DNA of 63,952 nucleotides, filler included, from Octopus bimaculoides (GCF_001194135.2; 8 parts of 7 records of this genome joined end to end with filler, not necessarily neighbours in it), one strand, 5' to 3'; shown: positions 1 to 14,423, counted from the whole stretch's first letter. Notes: a model not told the origin generated them from the letters alone. Made by a program: numbers and translations.

Positions 1-66
<66 letters not shown>

Positions 67-164
67 TCTCTATCTCTATCTCCCTCTATCTTTTACTATC
101 TATCTGTATTTACCTCTATCTATCTCTATATCTATATCTATCAGTATCTATATATATTCTATGA

Positions 165-500
165 CTTCAGGTTGAATGATCATCGACTGCCCAAGATCTC
201 TACACCTGCCATGAAGGCAGAATTGCACCTAAGAAATGATATACATCCCTTCATCACACACCTTGATACCTGTCATATCGACTATCACCGGCGTTTCACC
301 CTAGCCTAGACCCGTGACACATGTCATCTAAACAACAAACACACTATATTCTCTGCTCCTCCAAAATAGCCGCAGGATTACTCACATGATCGAAAGCACA
401 GGTGTGATATTCCAATAACACATCATGCAACCCTGAATGGGTCTTCAAGTGCAGCCCCTACAGCCATCCCTTCGCTTCTCACACTAAATTTGCCGATTAA
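165..500 (+). mobile_element. Possible RTE-type LINE 3' remnant
   Basis: HRLPKI...LDTCHID...TLA*TRDT followed by an FKCS..HPFASH degenerate zinc-finger-like tail. Highly decayed. Confidence 0.35.
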
Positions 501-3034
501 GAGTGTGCATGCAGTCAAAGTGTCTGGTCTCAATCTTTGATCGTGAAACCAAAATGAGATGTTTTATACGAGTATGTTGATGTGTCTAACCGCGAGTGTT
601 TATGTGTTCGTGTATGCAGGTGTGTGTGTGTGTGTGTGTGCGTGTGTGTGTTTGTGGGAGTGCGTGTGTGCTCGCGCGTGCGTATATATATATATATATA
701 TATATATATAACTGTATGAGTGAATACATTGCTTTATTGCCCACAAGGAGCTGAACATAGAGGGGACAAACAAGGGATTACGTTGTTTACATCGACCCCA
801 GTGCGTAACGGGTACTTATTTAATCGTTCCCGAAAGGATGAAAGGCAAAGTCAGCTTCAGCAGAATTTGAACTCAGAACGTAATGGCAGACGAAATAGCA
901 CTAAGCATTTCGTCCGGCGTGCCAACGTTTCTGCCAGCTCGTCGTCTCTCTATGAGTGAATGTAAGCATATAATGAAGACCAATAGGAGCGTAAGAGTAA
1001 TACCTTGAAGAAAGCAGTTCTGTGACTATTTGAAGATCGCGTCTCAGTTGGTAGCAACTAGAACCCGTGCAAGATAAATACTGATATTTTTTCCACCATG
1101 TATTATCAAATGAAGGAGCGTTGATAATTGTAGGCGTTCGAAACTGTGGCAAGCTGGTAGAAACGTTAGCACGCCGGGTGAAATGCTTAGCAGTATTTCG
1201 CCTGACTTTACGTTCTGAGTTCAAATTCCGCTGAGGTCGACTTTACCTTTCATTCGTTCGGGGTCGATTAATTAAATATCAGTTGCGTACTAATGTCAAT
1301 CTAATCGACTGGCTCCCTCCCTCAAATTTTCGGGCCTTGTATCTAGAGTAGAAAAGAATTGTACGAGTCCTAATGTAATGAGAAAGATGGAAATTTTGTG
1401 AGAAAACTTTATTTCAATTAATTTTTATATTTGTGAATTTTATTGTCAATTATTATTTTTTATTTTTTCATTTCTTGTTTCTCACAAATCCACATGAAAT
1501 TATTTGGTAATGCTAAATTGATTGATGATAAGTATACCCATAAATGATTAGATGCTCTGGTGTCCTAGTTAGCGTCGATCAGTGCTGTGTCTGAATGTAT
1601 CTTCCGTGTATGTGTTCCATGTAATATTTTGTGCTTTCTCTTTGTTATATGTACGTCTCCTTAAATCAAACAAGAATATTATTTAAGGAATTTCTTACGA
1701 AAAATGTGGGTTTACTTTCACATTTCATATTTGTCTAAGGCCGATGTTTAATTTAATTCTTGGAGAGTCGATTCGTAAGAAGTTCATAAATTAGTACCAA
1801 CCTACTAACCAATCACTGCAATTGACCTACCCTCAAGGTCAAAAATATAAATGTAAATATACACACATATATATATTATTGTGTGCATACAGACACACAC
1901 TCACACATACATATACATATATGCCCATAAATATCCAGAAATATAGGAGTGTAACAGAACCTACCAGTGTGTGTATGTGTGTGTGTGTGCGTGTGTATGT
2001 GTGTGTATGCGTGTGTGTGTGTGTGTATGTGTGTACGTGGTCGTTTGTGTGCATGTGCATGAGCATACGGATCGGCTTCCGAACATGATCTAGCATCGAA
2101 CATTTCAAATTGACACAAAAGTGACGTCTATCTATTATAAGAGAACAAACATAAATTCTTGTTCGATTGCCGGCTGCTAAAGATCGTAAACTTATTGATT
2201 GGTCTAGAACACATTAAATGAATTATGTATTTCATTTGCCGATAATCGATGGCCTCACATTAATTAATACTCTACGCTCAGCTCCGTTCTAAATAATAGC
2301 CGATAGTATAGATTATCGATAACGTTTTTTCTTCTTTGTGTGTTTTATTAATCTACTTCCGACGATTTTATGCAGTCAATGTGATAAAAGTGTGGCTGTG
2401 TTCTATGTCACTTTATGACGTCAGTGCATATAGGTATAGAAATTGCAAAACAAATACGTAGATGAAAAACATATAAAATATCAAAAACACTCATAGAAAC
2501 ACGCTGAAGAACACATACTCGCACACACGCTCCTGTATGTATGAATGTATTTTAATATAACCATATGTATGAAGGTGCCTAGCTCGGAGAAACTTGGCAT
2601 ACCAATCAAAATGAGTTTAAATCTAACCGAGAGAAGAGAGTTAATAAAATAAGTGCCATTTGAGCACTGGAGTCGATGTAGTGTACGTAGCAGCGAAATT
2701 ACTAGCATTTTGCCAGACATCAAAACCAAAATAAGCATAATCACACGCTCACCCATTCGTACTCACATGTATGTTAAATATCACCTCGAGATTTCGATGG
2801 CTAGAAACTCCTTAATCTAATGATCATTGTCCATCTATCCATCTATCTATATTTCAGAGTTTATGAACACATGTATAAGTATGTGTGAGTGTATATAGAT
2901 ACATATATAGTTTCGAACAGTGGAGATGGCAATTTCTTTTTAATAGATGGTTTTTAATTATTTCGTCACTCTAATTTATTATAGCAGATCATGCGTAGGA
3001 TTGTCAGTGTATTCGGAACGTACTGAATTATATA

Positions 3035-3068
<34 letters not shown>

Positions 3069-3095
3069 CTAGGAGTACCCGGCTTTGCCCGGGTA
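3069..3095 (-). mobile_element. Helitron 3' terminus
   Basis: The reverse complement reads TACCCGGGCAAAGCCGGGTACTC-CTAG|T, i.e. hairpin plus CTAG. Confidence 0.55.
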
Positions 3096-6000
3096 TTATT
3101 TACTCGTTAATGGTCTTCATAAGTTCTACCATTCTTTTCGTTGTACGTTTCCTTGAATATTTTTTTTTTTTGCGTCAAGCTGCAAACTTTGAGATTGAGG
3201 AAGAAGTGATTTTTCATAAGTGGTATTTATTTGTTGAACAAGCAAACGCCAGATGAGGTGTTCGATGTTTGGATAATGGTGGTGCAGGAAAAATGCTTAC
3301 AAATCGCTCAATGTCTTATCATCACCGGCATTTTATCCAATTAGATTCATGTTCAAAGGATATTGTCTAATTACGGGGGGATTGGTGTAAACGGTGCGTA
3401 TTAAGTGCCATTAGTCATTTTCACACGCAAAGGAGTAAGTGAGAGTAGAATGTTGACATAGACGTAGCCTTCTGTAAAAAAAGGTGAAGCTGTTGAAGGG
3501 GAAGGAGTGTCCATGTTCTGCAATTTTCTGTAGATCCCGGATGCACAGGGAAAAAGAAGAAATAGTTTCCATAAAAGATGCAACGCAGCATTTTTTTTTT
3601 TTTTGCAACACAAAGCAAAAAGAAAGAAATCGGGCGTTCCTTGAAACAGCTTTCTTGTGTGTAACACTGGAAAAATGTGAAAGTAGATGTTTCACAGTAT
3701 TGCATAGATCTGTTGCAAGTCAAAGAAAGAAAATTAACCAATAATAGTTTGAAAACATTGCTGAGTCTTCTGTATTGTTCATAAATACCCAAGACGGTGA
3801 ACAATGGGAAAATTTTGTGGAAGTAAATTAACAGTCAAAGGGAGAAAACTCTAAAGTTTCCATTGGACACATTATGATGGGCAGAATTTTTCTCAGTGAA
3901 AGTAACTTTAAAACTACAGTAAATTCTTCGTGAGACACCCGTTCGTAACATCGGTGTGAAATAGTTTTTTTAACTTTTTTTTTTCCATAGGTTTCTTTCG
4001 TGTGTATTCAACGTATCTCACTTTCAAAGATTTGGTTGCTATATCTAGCACTCCCTGCTGCCACGTAAAAGCTATTTGTGATAAAGGACCCGAAATACAC
4101 ACATACACATGCCTGTTGTATGCTATGTGTATGTGTTTATAGGTTGCTGAAAAGTTCCTGGCTTTCGGTAAGAGAACATACAGATTCACACCGTTATCAT
4201 AGCTATCCTTCAGTTTTCTTGTGCCCTATAAAAGAACTCGAAAGTTTGACCCATCAAACAGGCTTTTCGTAATACCTTTAAAGACAAGAACTTTCCAGCA
4301 GGCTTCATGTTTATATATATATTTGATATGTATGCGCATGTTCTTCACCGTATTTGTGTGCGTCTGAATGGTCATGGCCTAGTGGTTCCGATGCTGCACT
4401 CACGAGCTCGATGTCGCAGTCTCAAATTCCAGACCGGTTGGTGCGTTTTGTTCTCGAGCAAAACAATGCGTTTGACCTGCAATAACATCGACAACGGAGC
4501 TGGCGTTCAACTTCGATTTGATGGAGAGAATGAGCTTATGTGCAGGACGAACATTCTATCACTATAAACAGATAATAAGCTGAACATCCATACGTGGTTG
4601 TCGTCGACGGGAGATTTCATCATATACANNNNNNNNNNNNNNNNNNNNNNNNNNNNNNNNNNNNNNNNNNNNNNNNNNNNNNNNNNNNNNNNNNNNNNNN
4701 NNNNNNNNNNNNNNNNNNNNNNNNNNNNNNNNNNNNNNNNNNNNNNNNNNNNNNNNNNNNNNNNNNNNNNNNNNNNNNNNNNNNNNNNNNNNNNNNNNNN
4801 NNNNNNNNNNNNNNNNNNNNNNNNNNNNNNNNNNNNNNNNNNNNNNNNNNNNNNNNNNNNNNNNNNNNNNNNNNNNNNNNNNNNNNNNNNNNNNNNNNNN
4901 NNNNNNNNNNNNNNNNNNNNNNNNNNNNNNNNNNNNNNNNNNNNNNNNNNNNNNNNNNNNNNNNNNNNNNNNNNNNNNNNNNNNNNNNNNNNNNNNNNNN
5001 NNNNNNNNNNNNNNNNNNNNNNNNNNNNNNNNNNNNNNNNNNNNNNNNNNNNNNNNNNNNNNNNNNNNNNNNNNNNNNNNNNNNNNNNNNNNNNNNNNNN
5101 NNNNNNNNNNNNNNNNNNNNNNNNNNNNNNNNNNNNNNNNNNNNNNNNNNNNNNNNNNNNNNNNNNNNNNNNNNNNNNNNNNNNNNNNNNNNNNNNNNNN
5201 NNNNNNNNNNNNNNNNNNNNNNNNNNNNNNNNNNNNNNNNNNNNNNNNNNNNNNNNNNNNNNNNNNNNNNNNNNNNNNNNNNNNNNNNNNNNNNNNNNNN
5301 NNNNNNNNNNNNNNNNNNNNNNNNNNNNNNNNNNNNNNNNNNNNNNNNNNNNNNNNNNNNNNNNNNNNNNNNNNNNNNNNNNNNNNNNNNNNNNNNNNNN
5401 NNNNNNNNNNNNNNNNNNNNNNNNNNNNNNNNNNTATATATATATATATTTATTTATATATATATTTATTTATTTATATATTTATTTATTTATATATTTA
5501 TTTATTTATTTATTTATTTATATTCTTCAAAGTATACCACCAATTATTAAATTAAATTATTTGTTTGTGCTTAAATGACGTTTCAAAGATATATTTACAT
5601 AACCCCTTTTGGAAATGTGCATGTAAGTTAACATATATTTGCAAGTGTATAGTTATTGAATTGATATATACTACGTGGTGATTGATGTGTGTTATGAATG
5701 CATATCATCGAGAATGAGGCCGTGTTTTCCGATATCGCAACGCTACAGCGCTCATATATTCACGGTCGAATGTGCCGATACATATTAAGAACGAATATAT
5801 ATGTTATTGTTTGAATATTCCCTGTTCTGTTCGCAAACCGTGAATTCATATGTAGTAGTTTGGCATTGGCAAATTATTTTTTATCACTTCTATAAGCAAA
5901 CTTGCGCTCGACGTTCATCGGCCCGGCGAGAAATCTTTGACAGAGGAGACAGACAGCGAGGTGAAAACGCTGCGGTGTCTTAAAGTCTCCTAACACAAAT

Positions 6001-7975
6001 GAATCGATGTGATCTTCGATGACGAAAGACATAAGCCATTCGATATAGCCTTTCGAATCTTTCAAAATATCAAAATTGGATAGATACATTATTGGTTGGA
6101 TTCTCGTTCTGCATGCATCACTTGTATTATCATATTATGCTACATCAAAGCATACATCATTTATAGAAACTATGGCGCCAAGATCTGTTCATTAATTTGA
6201 TTGTATTTGCGTTTTTACCGATAAGTGCTTAAAGTATTAGTATTTTCATTTCGTTTGTTGAAACGTATCCAATGTAGATATATTTAAACATGAACTTCAT
6301 CTAATTTAATGTAGCATACTTATAAATATTTCAACAAATGGCTGATTAACTCTTTCAGAAACAGTTTTCATGTCCTCAAATGAATATGTTAACCGGCAAA
6401 GAAAGGAAACATATTATTACACCGTTCAGGATATGTTGATCCTTAAAGGCGACGTATACAAATAACGTCTCTATCTAGGCTCGCTTTTAAAATCCATATG
6501 TTCACGAACATGTATCTCTACTCAGAATCGTTAGTAGGTATCTTATCCTGAACTTATTACATATTTTTAAGTGTCCCCATATCTTATTTAATACAGTACC
6601 GATGCTCGTTTGATTTAATTTAGCAACAAGAAAATGAAACATGAAAATTAAAAGACGAGATAATTAAAACGTGGTTAAAGTTTTCATTCACATTACAAAA
6701 TAATGTTAATGACATTTCTTCCTTCTCAGTATATTTTTACCAGAAGGCCAGCGATTCATTCAACGCGCTGCATGAAATTTTTAAAATACTAGCCTAAAAA
6801 ATTTGGCACAAACCCAACAATCTCAGGCGAGGTGTTAAGTCAAATAGATCGATTCCAATTATCAACTCGTACTTACTTTATCGGCTCTGAAGGAATGGTA
6901 GGTAAAACCAATCTCAGCGAAGTCTGAACTCAGAACATGTAGACGGACGAAATGTCGCTAAACATTTCGACCGGAAAACTAGTGATTCTTCCAACGCAAG
7001 CTTGAAATTTTTTAAATATTGCCTTCAAATTTTGGCGTAAGACCAGCAATTTCCGAGGCGGAGCGAATTCGATTACGTCGACTCTAGTGTCCAGCTGGTA
7101 CATATTTCATTGAACATCAAATGATAAAAAGGCTAATTCAGCGTCGATAGAAATTGAACGAAACAAATGACGAAACAAATGACGCTAAGCATTTTGCCCG
7201 GTGTGCTAATAATTCTGCCAGAACGCTGCCTTAAAATATTAACAATATTGACAGTCAGAGACATTTGGCTTAATTGTGGAGGATAGCATTTAGGAAGCTC
7301 TTTACAGAAACAGGATCGCCACGGAACAAATGGCAAAATATTAATAAATCATAGTTTATATAATATTAAATTCACTATATTGCAAACCTGCATTTAATGC
7401 CTCTCTTGGATTTCAGACCTTTGAAGGATAACTTGACATTTGAGCTTCCTTCAGTAATATAACATTAAAAGATCGTATATCATATGAAGTAAATATTAAT
7501 CAAGAATATGGCGGAAGATGGGGATAATTTACAATCTATTCCCTTCGAAGACACGGCTTGAAGTTTCAAGCAACGTATGATGCATAAACTGAGATAAATG
7601 TTGTGCGAATTCGTTGCAGACGTTGTGGTGGGAAGAGCGATACAGCACATAAAATTGCATATTAGTTTACTGTCAACTGCTTACTTGCTACAGATGCCAC
7701 ACAACCAACCATGCCACATTTCCGATGTCAGCAGTGATAAGGAAACCAGTACTTCACGCATCAACCTGATACAAATAGTAACCAAAGTGCTTTAACCATA
7801 TACAATTTCATTCTAAAAGGAGAAACATTTATAGAAAATTTGTTTTTACATTGTATTTCATAAAGTAATAGCGTTCAGAATGTTGGTTTAAAATAAAACC
7901 CAGCATAGAAAAGCGAAAAGTTGGTCTTCGTATTTTTACAACTATACGATTGTAACTTAGTAATCTAGAGGGCAT

Positions 7976-9245
7976 TAGGAAGGTGAACTGAAACGTTCAT
8001 ACGCTGATGATGAAGGAGTGATGTTGCAGATGTGAAATCTTGCGTGCATTAATTTCATCACTTCTTCCCGTACAATGTAAATGACATATAACCGTTGAAG
8101 GAGACTTAACATTTAACTAGTAACGACTACTATTGAAAATTGACAAAATCTGGTGTCGTGCTGTTATCATGTACCCGCAGGAAAAAGTTTAGTCTTCAAT
8201 AACATTCATTCTAACACGGATGCCACGTGTGATTCCAGTTTTATCAACAGTGTAAAACTGGGCAGCTGAATTTAGGAGAGCAAATGTGAGTTTTGTAGAT
8301 GATCCAACAACTGGAACTGCAAAGCCACTAACAAGGAAAACACTTATCTTGTTCACCACATGCAAATGGATGACAGGCTACTGGCTATGAATAAAATTGC
8401 CTATACTATTAGAATATTCCGTGAAACAGTCGAAACCTTTCTGCACAATAACCTTGGCATGACGAAGGTTTCTTCTCAGTGAGTACCAGTTCATCTGAAA
8501 CCTCTCCAGAAAGCACCAGGTTGATCACATCACGGTAAAATCTGACATTGTTTGAGGCAGATCCAGCTGGTCCCCTTGAATGTTTACTAACCCAGGATGA
8601 GTCTTTTTATCATCATTTGATCCACAATTAAAGAGGCCCCAAAGGCAGTGAAAACACCAGTCCTCGCCTGCTTCACATAAGGCCATGGCGGTTTCATTTC
8701 AAGGGAAGGTGATGACCTCTGTTTTAATTTTTTTTTTTATACAAGAAGCATTGTGCATATTGACTATTTTTAAAAGGGCCTCACCATCAATGGAGTGCAG
8801 TATGTCAAGTCGCCGAGACAGTTACGAAAGCTTATCAAAACCAATCGCCAAGGAAAACTGAAGAAAGATGTCTTGTCTCATCAGGAAAATTATGCAGGAA
8901 TCTAGTCCGTGGTTTCAATGGCTAGTGCGCGTGAGCGTGGTTTTAAACAGGTTGATCAACCTGCACACTATTCTCCTAATTCAGTCGTATCTGAGTATCA
9001 TCCATTCTCGAACATGAAGCTGACATGGCTGGGAAAGAGTATCACAACCATGACGACGCTATATCTGCTTTTTATGAGGTTTTTGTTCAAGATGAAAGCT
9101 TCTTCAAAAACTGTATCCCAGCACTGAAACACGGGGGCAGAAGTATTTCAACCTCAAGACGGACTATTTAAAAAGTAAACCTAATTTGGTTACATTCTAA
9201 TAAGATTTGGTTGCTCAGCCTATGACCTTTTCAACCGACCTCGCA
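7976..9245 (+). mobile_element. Near full-length decayed mariner (DD34D-type) transposon
   Basis: About 1.27 kb with degenerate ~30-bp TIRs (aaa.g.tcata.gctga). Transposase remnants include IDKIWCRAVIMY, WAAEFRR, LGMTKVSSQ*VP, FEADPAG..LTQDE, IDYF*KGLTING, HQEN and HYSPNS..SEYHPFSNMK. Multiple stops and frameshifts. Confidence 0.9.
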
Positions 9246-9555
9246 TTTATAGTTTATCTGCTGAGTCATTCACCGTAAGAGAAAGACAAAAAAGATTAAC
9301 GTATTTCCTACTACTCGGATATTCAAAGTTTTTTCCACGTAATACACACACACACACATACACATACACACACACACACACATACACACACACACATACA
9401 CACACACACACACGCGCATACACATGCACACAAATATACACATATATAAAGAGAGAGAAAGAGGGAGAGAGAGACGCAAGAAAACGTGGCGTAGTTTATA
9501 GTATGTTTAGTTATTTCGATTTACGTACGTTTCTTTAACGAACAATGATTTTTAA

Positions 9556-10001
9556 GTATACGCTAAACCTCAATTTTCGAGGGCGTCATGTTCCCAAACC
9601 TCCCGTGACAGTTGAAAATCCACGAAGTAGAAACAGTACTGTACTTTATATATATTTTATCATTTTTATAATTTGTATATATTTATTTCATTATCAATGC
9701 AAAACAATACTACTCAATCGCCTTCCGAGTTTCATTTTATATACACTATCTGCTATTATTTGTTTACTCATCTACGGTACACTACGTATTTTCTTTTAAT
9801 ATATTTTAATTAATGTGTTTTACAATGCAGTAATGTACTCTTTTTTTAATTATTAATTCATTAATATAAATCGCTATCGGCCGCAGAAACCCGCGATGTA
9901 CCGAGGAGTTCACGAAATAAATTTACATATATTAGCCAGAAAAATCCGCGATATATTGAGTGTGCGATAAGTGCACCGCGATATGGTGAGGGATTATTAT
10001 A
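9556..10001. mobile_element. Tigger/pogo-like MITE (decayed)
   Basis: Right end gcgatatggtgagggatta and internal gttgaaaatccacgaagtaga resemble Tigger-type MITE ends. Confidence 0.45.
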
Positions 10002-10460
10002 TATAATGGGACTGAAAATATTATAATGCATTCAAAAAACTGCAGGGCCTAGAATGTTTGCGACATAGATTAATGATAAATCATTTTTGGGGGTGGGGGA
10101 GGTGGTAATAAGTCATTATTTTGAAAGCCAGGACTGTTGCATATTATGGTCATACGTCTCTGAAATTCTGACGATTCGTTTGGTTTAGTGAAAGTCTATG
10201 ACATGTGCATATAATAAAGACATTCTCATTCTTAGATATAGTTTCATACGTTACAACGTAGCTGACATACTATACGAGGAAACGAATTCACACACGCGTA
10301 GATAAGAAGCAAATACCCATGATTTGTTAAGCTAATTAACTGTTAAATTGCACCATATATGTATGTGTGCGTATATATTTTACTCGCCACACACACATAC
10401 ACAACATCTCTGTGGGTGTATGTGTATTTATATATACCCACACGCACGTATATATATATA

Positions 10461-10500
<40 letters not shown>

Positions 10501-10654
10501 NNNNNNNNNNNNNNNNNNNNNNNNNNNNNNNNNNNNNNNNNNNNNNNNNNNNNNNNNNNNNNNNNNNNNNNNNNNNNNNNNNNNNNNNNNNNNNNNNNNN
10601 NNNNNNNNNNNNNNNNNNNNNNNNNNGATAGAGATAAACAGAGTAGCTAGTAAG

Positions 10655-11085
10655 AAAATCGCTATCAGAGATGAAAGTACTAACTATACTGAGAAGTAAC
10701 GTTTCTCGCCACTTTAGTATATCTGTCTGTTGTTTTGGGACGTTACTATCGTTTATAACCCCAGTGGGACCCCCACCACTCCCACGAGCTGCTTATTCGC
10801 GGCAATCTACAACTGATGTATATCGCATGCAGTGTAAAGGATCGAGCGCCTAATACTTTCTAGCAACGACAACGGAAACACTAGATCGTCCGGTTTCGAG
10901 ACTATTTGTACTAATCTTCAGTGGTGGACAACTTTCTTCTACAGAGAATATTAGTTCGCAATGTATAGATAAATAAGTGCCAACCAGTCACTGTTCTTGC
11001 AACAAGCAAAATGGCTATTTAGAATATCTCTATAAGAGATTTGAGTTGTAACTATACTGAGAAGTAATGTTGATCACCACTTCAT
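10655..11085 (-). mobile_element. Diverged copy of the same tandem-unit family (period 368 nt) with an intact CUGAAGA core
   Basis: taactatactgagaagtaa at 10681, 11049 and 43968. Minus strand 10927-10878 reads CCACCA-CUGAAGA-...GUCUC-GAAA-CCGGACGA-UC-UAGUG. Confidence 0.6.
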
Positions 11086-11911
11086 GTTTAATTGCTTCTG
11101 GGGATTGAAACAGTTTTAATGTCGGTTCCTAGTCAACCGCCGTATCGAAGTGGCAATAAACATTACTTTTCATATAGATATACACATACATGTATGTATA
11201 ACTCATTGTATAGAAACTATATTGTTTTCAAAATTTGGCACTACGCCAGCAACTACTGGGGAAGTGGTAAGTCGATTACATCGACTCCAATACTGAACTA
11301 GTAGCTATATCACATCGACCGCTATATGGGTGTGGAACGAAATCGAACTCGGCGGATTTTGAACTTAGAACATGGGACAGATCAAATGCTGCCAAACAAT
11401 TTTATATCAAGCATTATCTTAAAGAGATAATCTATATAGTTAGGTAAAACATTGAACTTGCTATATTACACCAAACACGTTCAAAGTATATTCGACAAAT
11501 CGCCACACATAACATTGTTTTAGCTTAAGAAATTTTAAATTAGAATTTCAGCACTAGGTTTTATGGATTTATGAAAGCATATATCCGTTATTTGAAAACT
11601 AAAAAAAAATTAAAATGCAATGTAAACGGCTGTTAAAAATTACATTTTAAATCATATGGAAATGTATTGATAATGTAATTGAAGAGCTGTGCTTTGATAT
11701 TGATTTTAACAAATGTTGATAGGTCATAGTTGTTACAGAATAGAATAGAATGTTTGCTGGCAAATGTACCGATAAGCTTCCTGCGTGCATCAAATCGTGT
11801 TGAGGTCACATATCTGGGGTCAATGAAAATGCAAAATTCTGCACTGGTAATTTAGCTTGAATTCGAAATTTAACGATCATGACAACACGGGTGATGATGA
11901 TGTTGATGATA

Positions 11912-11982
<71 letters not shown>

Positions 11983-12726
11983 GATAGCGATGATAGTGAT
12001 GATAATGAGGATAATAATGATGATGATGGTGGTGGTAGTGTTGGTCTTGCTGGTATAGAAAGAAAACGAAAACATACAAACGTCCAAAAGACAATATATA
12101 ACTCACGCACAAAACAGAAAATGATAAGCACATATTAATGAGTGTATGAATCCATGCGTAAATACATATGTGTGTCTATGAGTGTGCGTATATATATATA
12201 TATATATATATATNNNNNNNNNNNNNNNNNNNNNNNNNNNNNNNNNNNNNNNNNNNNNNNNNNNNNNNNNNNNNNNNNNNNNNNNNNNNNNNNNNNNNNN
12301 NNNNNNNNNNNNNNNNNNNNNNNNNNNNNNNNNNNNNNNNNNNNNNNNNNNNNNNNNNNNNNNNNNNNNNNNNNNNNNNNNNNNNNNNNNNNNNNNNNNN
12401 NNNNNNNNNNNNNNNNNNNNNNNNNNNNNNNNNNNNNNNNNNNNNNNNNNNNNNNNNNNNNNNNNNNNNNNNNNNNNNNNNNNNNNNNNNNNNNNNNNNN
12501 NNNNNNNNNNNNNNNNNNNNNNNNNNNNNNNNNNNNNNNNNNNNNNNNNNNNNNNNNNNNNNNNNNNNNNNNNNNNNNNNNNNNNNNNNNNNNNNNNNNN
12601 NNNNNNNNNNNNNNNNNNNNNNNNNNNNNNNNNNNNNNNNNNNNNNNNNNNNNNNNNNNNNNNNNNNNNNNNNNNNNNNNNNNNNNNNNNNNNNNNNNNN
12701 NNNNNNNNNNNNNNNNNNNNNNNNNN

Positions 12727-12800
<74 letters not shown>

Positions 12801-14423
12801 TAAAGAAACAAAAATATGTAAAAACGCACAGGAATTTTGTATAATAAAAAAATATGCTGATATTAAGATCATAATTAAACAAAGAATTGTATTACAGCAT
12901 CATATAATAACCTGGAAGTAGCGGTTTCGCGTCTTGCGCTTATCAAACTTCAAAGGTCTCAGATAAAACTTGTGTATATATCTGACATATCAGTTTATAT
13001 TAAGAATATCAATCCAAAGACCCTAACAATACTTTGAAAGTAACTTGTAATGTTCAGATTAATTGAAGAGATACCTTCAGAAAATTTGAAGGGTTACATC
13101 ACTTTGACTGCACAGAGTACTGTCAATAACAAAAATGGCGTTCCCATGATATAACAAAATTTCTCTCTGTGCTGAAATCTGAGACCCTTTAAATTTGTTA
13201 AGCGTAAGACGCCAAACCTATAGTATCAGTTTATTATATAATGCTGTAAAACAACTCTCTGTTTGATTATGATCTTTATATTAGCATAAATATTATTATA
13301 CACACCTACTGCGCGTTTTTACATAATTTTCTTTCTTAAATATCTACAACCGCGTGTAAACAAGATCCGAAAACATTATGTTATATATATGGCTTTCTGA
13401 CTTTCCCGAGTGTCAAACTAAAACACCCGCTTGTTGTTCATACACTCGTCTTCGTCTTTAGATTCTCTGTACATTTTAACTATATATATGCATATATATA
13501 TATATATACACACACACATACATATACATATATATGAGAGAGTGTACGAAAACAAAACAATAACAGACGAGGACAGGTGGTGTAAACAACAAAAGGATGT
13601 ATTAGTATGACGCTCGGGAATACGGAAAGTCTTTAACGTTTCGAGCTACGCTCTTCAGCAGAAGGAATACGGAGAAAACAAGGAGAAAAACAAGGAGAAA
13701 AACAAGGAGAAAAACAAGGAGAAAAAAATTGAATGGTGCTGGTCAGTTGTAGTGTGTGCGTGGTGTGATGTGAGGGTGTTGGGAGGTGGGGAAGGCATGG
13801 GTGGAGTGTGGGTTAGGCGGAGGGTGGGGGTAGAGGTAGGGGTATGTGGATAGGGGTGGGTGTAAGGAATTGGATGGGGTGGAGTGGAAAGTAGAGTAGG
13901 AGTGTGTTGGGGNNNNNNNNNNNNNNNNNNNNNNNNNNNNNNNNNNNNNNNNNNNNNNNNNNNNNNNNNNNNNNNNNNNNNNNNNNNNNNNNNNNNNNNN
14001 NNNNNNNNNNNNNNNNNNNNNNNNNNNNNNNNNNNNNNNNNNNNNNNNNNNNNNNNNNNNNNNNNNNNNNNNNNNNNNNNNNNNNNNNNNNNNNNNNNNN
14101 NNNNNNNNNNNNNNNNNNNNNNNNNNNNNNNNNNNNNNNNNNNNNNNNNNNNNNNNNNNNNNNNNNNNNNNNNNNNNNNNNNNNNNNNNNNNNNNNNNNN
14201 NNNNNNNNNNNNNNNNNNNNNNNNNNNNNNNNNNNNNNNNNNNNNNNNNNNNNNNNNNNNNNNNNNNNNNNNNNNNNNNNNNNNNNNNNNNNNNNNNNNN
14301 NNNNNNNNNNNNNNNNNNNNNNNNTATATATATATATATATACATATTTATATATGTACATATATATTTTTTTACGTACATATATGTATATTTTCATACA
14401 AACACATCACATACGCATATATC

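Noticed and set aside
3400-3800. Overlapping ORFs with a Cys-rich segment reminiscent of a piggyBac C-terminus
   Set aside because: The resemblance needs several frameshifts and no TTAA/TIR was found, so it is left uncalled.
4594-5578. Long ORFs spanning N runs (also at 12.1-12.9, 13.7-14.7, 24.5-25.5, 51.6-52.5 and 60.8-62.0 kb)
   Set aside because: They are open only because N codons translate as X.
10160-10210. CUGACGA...GAAAGUC hammerhead-like match (similar weak hits at 34544, 34855, 43409 and 51226)
   Set aside because: No helix I pairing and/or no valid NUH or GAAA; compatible with chance.
11806-12138. Poly-Asp, poly-His, poly-Ser, poly-Ile and Gly-rich ORFs (also at 15.4-15.9, 17.1-17.7, 30.8-31.1, 31.8-32.4 and 38.7-39.4 kb) and the many HT/VC/YI ORFs
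   Set aside because: These are translations of di- and trinucleotide microsatellites, with no splice or domain support.
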